Assembly: GCA_963716255.1 (NCBI GenBank)
Contig: OY970303.1
Coordinates: 2,272,001-2,336,000 of the forward strand
Direction of reading: 5' to 3'
Source of the DNA: an uncultured Gemmatimonadales bacterium
GTDB lineage: Bacteria > Gemmatimonadota > Gemmatimonadetes > Longimicrobiales > Longimicrobiaceae
Length of the DNA: 64,000 bases
Below the pieces are notes generated by a model. The model had not been told where the DNA came from. It made no database searches and was given only the letters and a program-made list of their open reading frames with translations. Shown here in pieces: positions 9,204 to 15,971 of the stretch; the stretch's first letter is position 1; the number at the start of each line of letters is the position of its first letter. The position numbers and the translations under genes were made by a program.

Positions 9204-10454
9204 TCATTCGCAGCTCACTGCCGGCCGATAGGCCTGGTTATACAGGCTGCCGGAGGCGCCGCCGATATCGGTGCCGCCGCCGGTTACCCAGATCAGACCG
9301 TCTACGAAGGCTGACCCGACGACCCCGTGGATGGGAATGGGCATGTTGGGGAGGCTTGCCCACTTGTCGCTCCGAGGATCGTAGTAGTCATGATCGGGCG
9401 TCATGCCGCTCGGCGCCTCGCCGCCCCAGACGTGGAAGCAGCCCCGGGCCATGACCCCGTTCATGCCGCTGCGGCCGCGCAGCATCGGGGCTGCGGTCGT
9501 CCATGCCCGCGTTCGTGGGTCGAAGACTTCGTTCGCATCCGATTTCAGGGGCGACAGACCGTTGCCGAGACGCCCGCCGACGATGTGAACGCGGCCGTTG
9601 ATCGCCGCACCGGTAATGTGATTGCGCTGGCTGGGTAGATTCGGCAGCACCTCCCACCGATCGGCCGCAGGGTCGTAGGCGGCGAAGTCGCTTCCGCGCG
9701 GCACGCGTCCCCCGGCGACGTAGATCTTGCCGCCGTGCACGACAGCCACCCCCCCGCTGCGCGCGGTGGGCATCCGCGCCTTCTCCACCCATACACCCTT
9801 TGCAGGATCCAGCTCGTACACCTGGTCGACAGCCGTGGCGCCCTGTTGATCATCCGTGAGTTGGCCGCCGATCAGGTAGACTTTTCCATTGACGGCGGCC
9901 CCCATCCCGTGGTTGTTGGGCTGCGGGAGCTCCGGTCCGAGCTCCCAGCGGTCGCTCGCGATGTCGTAGACCTGCACCGTGCGGGACGTCTGCCGGGAAG
10001 AGGGATAACCGCCCATGACGTAGATCTTGCCGTTCGATTCGGCGAGGGCAAACTCGGAGTTCGCCACGAGCAGTCCAGCGCGGAGCCCCCATCCGCCGGG
10101 GGCAATCGGCGCGCGGGTGAGCACAAATGCGGAAGCATTTGCCTCCGCTCCGCCTGCTACCGTGACGGAGGACGCGCTCGCCGCATCGATGACGAATCCG
10201 GCCGCAGACGTAACCGCCAGCGTATACGTTCCCGGGGGCACCTTCACGAAGGCGTAGACGCCGCCGGCGCCGCTGTTCGTGGTGCGAGCGGCCTGCCCGT
10301 TTCCGGTCAACGCAACCACGGCGTTCGCAACGCCGGCGCCGCCGTTGTCGGTCACGGTGCCTCGAATGCTGCCATGGGTGACCTGGACCGGATCACGATC
10401 ACATCCGCCTGCTGCAAAAATGACGACTGCCGCGACTTTGAGTGCGCGCCGCAT
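9204..10454 (-). CDS. Lipoprotein: carboxypeptidase-regulatory-like domain plus Kelch-repeat beta-propeller
   Basis: GGAGG RBS before ATG 10454 and lipobox AGGC. Repeated GKIYVMGG, GKVYLIGG, GKIYVAGG, GRVHIVGG, FHVWGG and IWVTGG Kelch units. Confidence 0.85.
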   Translation of the reverse strand: MRRALKVAAVVIFAAGGCDRDPVQVTHGSIRGTVTDNGGAGVANAVVALTGNGQAARTTNSGAGGVYAFVKVPPGTYTLAVTSAAGFVIDAASASSVTVAGGAEANASAFVLTRAPIAPGGWGLRAGLLVANSEFALAESNGKIYVMGGYPSSRQTSRTVQVYDIASDRWELGPELPQPNNHGMGAAVNGKVYLIGGQLTDDQQGATAVDQVYELDPAKGVWVEKARMPTARSGGVAVVHGGKIYVAGGRVPRGSDFAAYDPAADRWEVLPNLPSQRNHITGAAINGRVHIVGGRLGNGLSPLKSDANEVFDPRTRAWTTAAPMLRGRSGMNGVMARGCFHVWGGEAPSGMTPDHDYYDPRSDKWASLPNMPIPIHGVVGSAFVDGLIWVTGGGTDIGGASGSLYNQAYRPAVSCE

Positions 10455-10800
10455 CGGGCCTCCGACGCCGTGGCTCGGCGGGCTCGGCGGGGTGCTCGGC
10501 GCGGTCGCGGAGCCTGCGCGTGCGGAACTGAACGCTGCTGCCAGCGCTACTGCCAGTTTCATAAACGCTCTCCAGGGAAGTTCATCGATGCTCGGGCCGA
10601 CCATCCCCAACCAGGTAGTTGTGCCCCACCTCCAACTCATCCATGGAATGAACGCGCCGCGCTTCGCGATTGTGACATCCCCATCTGACTGCCGGTAGAT
10701 CTGGATCCTCGCGTGCGATTCGGAGTCGGCCTAATCGTTTCCCACGAGGATGAGAGCGGAAACACTGCTCACCGCCTCTCGGACGCCTCTGCGCCTCATG

Positions 10801-10969
10801 TCATCGGAAGGTCGAAAACAGGTCGTGTGTCGGAAATGACGTGACGTGCGCGAGCGCGTCCCATAGCGCGGCATCGAGCTCGCCGTCGTAGTTGCCTGTC
10901 CCGGAGCGAGCGTTGAACAGCGCGACCCACGAGAAGTTGTGATGCGAGCGCACGAGAATGCTCGTCGTC
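10801..10969 (-). pseudogene. 3' fragment of a serine hydrolase paralogous to 5407-6747
   Basis: Colinear diverged copy of about 5385-5575 (offset 5394): TTSILVRSHHNFSWVALFNARS...ELDAALWDALAHVTSFPTHDLFSTFR*. An in-frame TGA lies immediately upstream and there is no start. Confidence 0.85.
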
Positions 10970-11023
10970 CGCCTGAATCAAGCCGACCCGCGAAGCGGGT
11001 TCGGCTCGAATGAATTGTTAGAG
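10970..11023 (-). other. attC site (short ~60-bp type), truncated at the R' crossover G
   Basis: Minus strand CTCTAAC-AATTCATTCGAGCCGAACCCGCTTCGCGGGTCGGCTTGATTCAGGCG. It matches the classic short attC form (TAACAATTCATTCAAGCCGAC..GCTTCGC..GGCTTAATTCAGGCGTT) but lacks the final TT. Confidence 0.85.
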
Positions 11024-11025
11024 CA

Positions 11026-11122
11026 GCGCGCCTCCGGCACCTGAGCCTGAGGACCGAGCAGGCGTACGTAGGCTGGATCCGCCGCTTCGTGCTTCCACGG
11101 CAAGCGCCCTCCCCAGATGGGC
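11026..11122 (+). pseudogene. intI: Integron integrase N-terminal (SAM-like) fragment, frameshifted and truncated
   Basis: ARLRHLSLRTEQAYVGWIRRFVL-(frameshift near 11095)-HGKRPPQMG corresponds to the IntI N-terminal consensus RxRHYSxRTEQAYVxWIRRFIxFHGxRHPxxMG. It abuts an attC site. Confidence 0.85.
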
Positions 11123-11136
11123 CACCACGGAGAATG

Positions 11137-11172
11137 GAAGACCCCGACGCCGGGTCCGGCGTCGGGGTCTTC
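11137..11172. terminator. Strong GC hairpin, probable terminator
   Basis: Perfect 17-bp inverted repeat GAAGACCCCGACGCCGG-gt-CCGGCGTCGGGGTCTTC, about 265 bp downstream of the last cluster gene. The U-tract is weak. Confidence 0.5.
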
Positions 11173-11436
11173 GCTCGATCTACACTGACGCGTGCCTCGG
11201 CCTACCGTCGATAGAGCGAGTTGAAGAACGGCTTCGAGGCAAGGCGCGGGCACCGGACACCTCAAACCGTTAACGAACAACTTACCGACGCACCCGCCAC
11301 CTGCCCGACGGACCAGCGCTACACGCTGCGTGACGAACCGGAATCTGCGACAGCTCTCCTGGTTGGCCCGGTCGACAGGAAGAAGTGCGTGCGTCCGGCT
11401 ACCCTGCCCCACAAGCTGGACGGCCGCGCGCGGGCC

Positions 11437-12246
11437 TCAGGCCGGCCCTGCCTTCAGCGGGAGGACCGGCGTGTAGTCGCGGCTGCACAGGAACTCGGGG
11501 CGGGGGCTCTTCCGCGGAGTGGGGATGTTGAACACGCTGTTGTAGGTGACGAGCACCAGCTTCCGGTCGAAGGGGGACATGTTCGGCCCCGACCCGTGCG
11601 CCACGTTGGCGTCGAAGAAGAGCACCGAGCCGGCGGGTCCTTTCGGCGCCACCATCCCGCGCGCCTCCACCATGTCTGCGATCATCTCCTTCGTGAGCGT
11701 GTAGCTCAGGTCAGCCGACACATCCGCCGCCCAGGAGGGAGCGTCCGCCTCCATGCCCCCCTTGCGATTCCCCGGGTCGATGACGCCCGCCCTTTGCGAG
11801 CCGGGGACGAAAAGGAGGGGGCCGTTGAACTCGGTGACCTCGTCGAGGAAGACCACGGCGTTGAGCACGCGCGCCGTGGGCATTCCGTCCTCCTTCTGCC
11901 AGAAGATGTAGTCCTGGTGCCATTCCCACACCTCGCCCACGAAAGCCAGCTTGGCGTTTACCTTGAACTGGTGTACGTAGACGTCGCCCTCCAGGATCTC
12001 CCGGGCGGGCTCCAGCAGGCGCGGATCTCTCACGAGCCGGGCGAAGATCTCGTTGGTACGGTGCGAGCCGTACACGGAGCGCACCTGATCCGTGCCTTTC
12101 TCCAGGACACGGGAGGGGGTGTCTTCCGCGAAGATCGCGGGCAGCTCCGCCTTCAGCTCCTCCACTTCGTCCGCCGAGAAGCACCCGGGAAGGAAGAGGT
12201 ACCCGTCTTCACGGAAGCTCCGCACCTGATCGTCGGTCATGTACAT
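11437..12246 (-). CDS. Fe(II)/2-oxoglutarate dioxygenase, PhyH family (EctD/proline-hydroxylase-like)
   Basis: FREDGYL, HQFKVNAK, WEWHQDYIFWQKEDGMP (HxD), NGPLLFVPGS, AHGSGPNMSPFDR (distal His, 2OG-binding Arg). Confidence 0.9.
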   Translation of the reverse strand: MYMTDDQVRSFREDGYLFLPGCFSADEVEELKAELPAIFAEDTPSRVLEKGTDQVRSVYGSHRTNEIFARLVRDPRLLEPAREILEGDVYVHQFKVNAKLAFVGEVWEWHQDYIFWQKEDGMPTARVLNAVVFLDEVTEFNGPLLFVPGSQRAGVIDPGNRKGGMEADAPSWAADVSADLSYTLTKEMIADMVEARGMVAPKGPAGSVLFFDANVAHGSGPNMSPFDRKLVLVTYNSVFNIPTPRKSPRPEFLCSRDYTPVLPLKAGPA

Positions 12247-12339
12247 GGGAGTCGTCCTCTGGGTGGCGGGAGTGCGGGCTCGCCGGGAGCGATTCGGCGG
12301 GCGGCCCGGAGCCGAAAGTGTGTGCGGTGAGGAGCCGGA

Positions 12340-14364
12340 TCATCGCGCGGCGCAGCGGGGCTGCAGGGTCAGCACGCGCCTGGACCACTGGTCCTTCATC
12401 TCCTCCACCACCTGCCGGACTCGGTCCGCTTCGGTGATCCCCTGCTCGGGCAGGATCTCTCCAAGCGTGCGGGCACCGTCGGCCGCCCAGAGGACCCCGA
12501 ACGCATCCGCCGAGATGGAGACCGACTTCTCGCCGAAGTAGCGGTTGCCGGTGCTTTCCAGCGCGTACTCCCGCGCCCCGCCCGGCGCGGTGCGCATCAC
12601 CAGCTTGCGGGTCACCGCCACGGAGGGGACCAGGGCGAGGTACCCGGCCACGCCTGCCCCGTCGTCGCGCTTGCGGACCAGATAGTCTCCCACCACCAGC
12701 AGGTCGAGCCCCGTAGTGAGGAAACAGGTCACCGCCTCGTCCAGGGAGTCCACGATGGGCTCCGCGTTGTTGTTGAACGAGGTGTTCAGCAGGATGGGAA
12801 CCCCGGTCCTGCGCTCGAAGGCGTGAAGCAGCTCCCAGTAGCGCGGGTTCGCATCCCGCGCGACGGTCTGAACGCGCGCCGTGCCGTCCACGTGCGTGAT
12901 GGCGCCGAGCAGCGGGCGCGCCTCCTCCCGGACGCGGAGGGCGAACGTCATGAACGGGAACTCCGTCGTCTGTCCCGGCAGCTCGAAGAAGTCGCCCGCC
13001 CGCTCCTGCAGGACCGAGGGCGCGAAGGGACGGTAGCCCTCGCGCTTCTTGACCATGGCGTTGATCCGGTTCTTGTTCTCGGCTGGCCGCGGGTCGGCCA
13101 GGATGCTGCGGTTGCCCAGGGCGCGGGGACCGAACTCCGAGCGCCCCTGCGTCCACCCGGCCACCGCACCGTCGGCCAGCAGACGGGCGGTTTCCTCCGC
13201 CACGTCGCCGCAGCGCTCGAAGGTGATCAGTCCTTCCCAGCACCGCAGCCCACGCTCCAGACCGCCGTCGTCCGGGAGGTCGCTTCCCAGGTAGACGTGG
13301 CGCATCGCGGCGGGAGACAGGTCCTCGCCCTCGTCGTGCAGCACCGCCAGCGCCGCCCCCAGTGCATTGCCCGCGTCGTGGGCGGCGGGCTGCACCCACA
13401 CGTCGTCGAACAGGCCGGAGTACGCAATCCGTCCGTTCAGCGAGCAGTTGTGCGCCACGCCGCCCGCCAGGCACAGGCGCCTTGCGCCGGTCTCCGCCTG
13501 GAAGTGCGTGAGCACGTGAAAAACGATTCGTTCGAGCGCCTGCTGGAGCCCAGCCGCGAAGTCTCGGTGCTCCTGGGTGAAGGGCTCTCCCTTTCTGCGG
13601 GCATGCTGCGCCAGCCCGGCCGTCGCCATGAGGCGAAGCAGGGCCTCCCCCCGCGCGACCTCGTAGTCGCCGCCCGGGAGGAGGCGGTACGACTGCGCGA
13701 ACATCTCCGCGTACCGCCCCGGCTCGCCGTAGGGGGCGAGCCCCATCACCTTGTACTCGTCGAAGCGGGTGTACCCGACGAAGGCGATGAACTCGCGGTA
13801 GTAGAAGCCCAACGACTTCCTCACCGGGAGCTCACGGAGGACGCGCAGCTCGCTCCCCTCGAAGGTCGCGACCGCGCCGGACAGGCTTTCTCCGACCCCG
13901 TCGATCGACACGACCAGCCCGCGGCCGAAGCCGGAGGGGAGGAACGCGCTCCACAGGTGGGCCTGGTGGTGCCCTACGAAGCGGAGCCGGTCGGCCATGT
14001 CGACGCCGAACTCGCACTGGAGGAGGCCTGCCACCTGGGAGCGGCCGCTGGCCAGCGGGATCGCGGAGTTCTCCAGCGCGCGGCGCAGGTAGTATTGGTT
14101 CGCGTAGGGCTCGGAGAAGGCGACGCCGACGCGGTCCACCTCGTCCAGTGCGACCCCCGCCTTCTCCAGGCAGCGGCGGATCGAGCGAAGGGGAAAGGCG
14201 CTGGAGTGCTTCACCCGGTTCAGCCGTTCCTCCTCGATGGCCGCGACGACCCTTCCGTCCTCCACCAGCACTGCCGCCGCGTCGTGGTGACCCCAGCCGT
14301 ACTCGGGGTCCATGTCTTCGAAGTCGCGAGTGGGAGAAAGGCTGTGGATCCCCAGAACGAGCAT
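12340..14364 (-). CDS. Carbamoyltransferase (CmcH/NodU family)
   Basis: HDAAAVL, EEERLNRVKH, HHQAH, DGVGE, EYKVMGLAPYG, AGGVAHNC, EFGPRALGNRSILADP, KKREGYRPFAPS, HVDGTARVQT, LNTSFN. Confidence 0.95.
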   Translation of the reverse strand: MLVLGIHSLSPTRDFEDMDPEYGWGHHDAAAVLVEDGRVVAAIEEERLNRVKHSSAFPLRSIRRCLEKAGVALDEVDRVGVAFSEPYANQYYLRRALENSAIPLASGRSQVAGLLQCEFGVDMADRLRFVGHHQAHLWSAFLPSGFGRGLVVSIDGVGESLSGAVATFEGSELRVLRELPVRKSLGFYYREFIAFVGYTRFDEYKVMGLAPYGEPGRYAEMFAQSYRLLPGGDYEVARGEALLRLMATAGLAQHARRKGEPFTQEHRDFAAGLQQALERIVFHVLTHFQAETGARRLCLAGGVAHNCSLNGRIAYSGLFDDVWVQPAAHDAGNALGAALAVLHDEGEDLSPAAMRHVYLGSDLPDDGGLERGLRCWEGLITFERCGDVAEETARLLADGAVAGWTQGRSEFGPRALGNRSILADPRPAENKNRINAMVKKREGYRPFAPSVLQERAGDFFELPGQTTEFPFMTFALRVREEARPLLGAITHVDGTARVQTVARDANPRYWELLHAFERRTGVPILLNTSFNNNAEPIVDSLDEAVTCFLTTGLDLLVVGDYLVRKRDDGAGVAGYLALVPSVAVTRKLVMRTAPGGAREYALESTGNRYFGEKSVSISADAFGVLWAADGARTLGEILPEQGITEADRVRQVVEEMKDQWSRRVLTLQPRCAAR

Positions 14365-14590
14365 GGTGAACCTTTCTTGGTTCTGTGTGGATTTCGCCGC
14401 CGGCGGCGGAACTCGGTCGAGGCCGCCCTGCGCGCGAGGGTTGGATTGCCGTGCACCCGGCGGGCTCCTGCGGGCCGGGGCCGCCTGTCAGCGCCGGCGT
14501 TCGCGAGGGTCCGGACAAGTTGTTCGTGCCGCCCCGACTCCGGGCCCGCGCCCGCGGTTCCGGTGAGGGCACCGTGATCGACTGCCTGCG

Positions 14591-15847
14591 TCAGGCCCAC
14601 GCCGCCGCGGGGGAGCCCGCCGCGAGGTCGGCTGCCAGCAGGCGGCCAAGGCGCGAGACGCCCTCCTCGATCATCTCCGCCGGCAGGCTCGCGAAGCACA
14701 GGCGCAGGCAGTGTGCGGCCTGCCAGGGGTCGCGGGCGCAGAAAGCCGCTCCCGGAACGAACGCCACCTGCTCGGAAGCGACGGCGCGCCGCAGGAGCGC
14801 CACGGCGTCGCACCCGGCGGGGAGGGTCACCCAGACGAACATTCCTCCCGTCGGCACGGTCCAGCGCACGGCACGGGGGAAGTGCCGCGTCATCGCGTCC
14901 AGCATGGCATCCCGGCGGGTCCGGTACTCCGCGCGGAGTGCGGCAACGTGCGCCGGGAGCTCCCCCGCTTCCAGGAAGGCCGTCAGGCACCGCTGAGTCA
15001 GCGTGGTCACGTCCAGGTCGCTGCCGTGCTTGAGGATGGAGAGCATGGGGACGAGCGATTCCGGGACGACCATCCACCCCACCCGCAGCCCGGGGGCGAG
15101 GATCTTGGAGAACGACCCCACGTACAGCACCCAGTCCGCGTCCAGGGCCCGCAGCGCCGGCAGCGGGGTCCCGTCGTACCGGAGGAAGCCGTAGGCGTCG
15201 TCCTCCACCAGCGGCACTTCGAAGCGCCGGGCCAGCTCCACCAGCCGCAGCCGCCGCTCGAGGCCGAGCGACACCCCCAGCGGGTTGTGGCCCTCGGGGA
15301 TGACGTAAAGGAACGCGGGGCGCGCGCCTCCCTCCAGAAGCGCCTCGAGGGCGTCCACGTCGATCCCGCCCTCGTCGGAGGGGACGGTGACGACGTCGGG
15401 CCGGAACGGCTTGACCGCGCCGAGGATCCCGTCGTAGACCGTGGCCTCCACCGCCACCTGCCCGCCCTCGTCCAGGAGGAGGCGCGCCAGCAGGCTCATC
15501 CCCTGCTGCGCCCCCGAGGTGAGGAATACCTGCTCCTCCCGGCACTCCACCCCCCGCTCGGCCATCAGTTGGACGATCTGCCGCTTCAGGGGCTCGTGCG
15601 GGACGCCGTACTGGAGCGCCATGGGCCCCGCTTCCAGGACCTGCCGGGTCGCCTGCAGGTATGCTTCCGCGGGAAGGAGCTCCGCCGCGGGAAGGCCGAC
15701 CGCGAAGGAGAGCAGCCCCGGGCGCGAGAGGAGGGGCAGGATCTCCCGAAGCGCCGACGGGGCGCTCGTCCGGGTCCAGGCAGCCAGCGTGCGCTCGATC
15801 GCCGGCCGTGCCGGTGCATCCACACACGTCACAACGGGATCCGTCAT
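14591..15847 (-). CDS. PLP-dependent aminotransferase, class I/II (LysN/MocR-type AT fold, no HTH)
   Basis: LSFAVGLP, QYG, TSGAQQG, GHNPLG, EDDAYG, GSFSKILAPGLRVGW (PLP Lys), GGMFVW, LRLCFA. A strong RBS (GGAGG) favours ATG 15847 over 15886. Confidence 0.92.
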   Translation of the reverse strand: MTDPVVTCVDAPARPAIERTLAAWTRTSAPSALREILPLLSRPGLLSFAVGLPAAELLPAEAYLQATRQVLEAGPMALQYGVPHEPLKRQIVQLMAERGVECREEQVFLTSGAQQGMSLLARLLLDEGGQVAVEATVYDGILGAVKPFRPDVVTVPSDEGGIDVDALEALLEGGARPAFLYVIPEGHNPLGVSLGLERRLRLVELARRFEVPLVEDDAYGFLRYDGTPLPALRALDADWVLYVGSFSKILAPGLRVGWMVVPESLVPMLSILKHGSDLDVTTLTQRCLTAFLEAGELPAHVAALRAEYRTRRDAMLDAMTRHFPRAVRWTVPTGGMFVWVTLPAGCDAVALLRRAVASEQVAFVPGAAFCARDPWQAAHCLRLCFASLPAEMIEEGVSRLGRLLAADLAAGSPAAAWA

Positions 15848-15971
15848 CGTCGTATCCCCTCCTTCCGGCGCGGGGCCGTCTTGCATGGTGACCGAACGGG
15901 GCAGCGGGATTCGGGCCCCAGGGATCGTGGGAAGTCGGGAGAACCGGGTCGGCGGTGCGCGGGGGGGCCCT

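Noticed and set aside
10455..10640. Longer starts for the Kelch protein (10562, 10640)
   Set aside because: The best RBS and lipobox follow ATG 10454. The upstream MKLAVALAAAF...PSTPPSPP stretch may be a decayed signal peptide but cannot be supported as a gene.
11173..11436. Possible IS end or small RNA between the hairpin and the dioxygenase
   Set aside because: No recognisable TIR, transposase fragment or RNA motif by eye.
11437..12246. Calling the dioxygenase ectD
   Set aside because: The signature differs (HQDYIFW rather than HSDFETW) and no ectoine genes are present.
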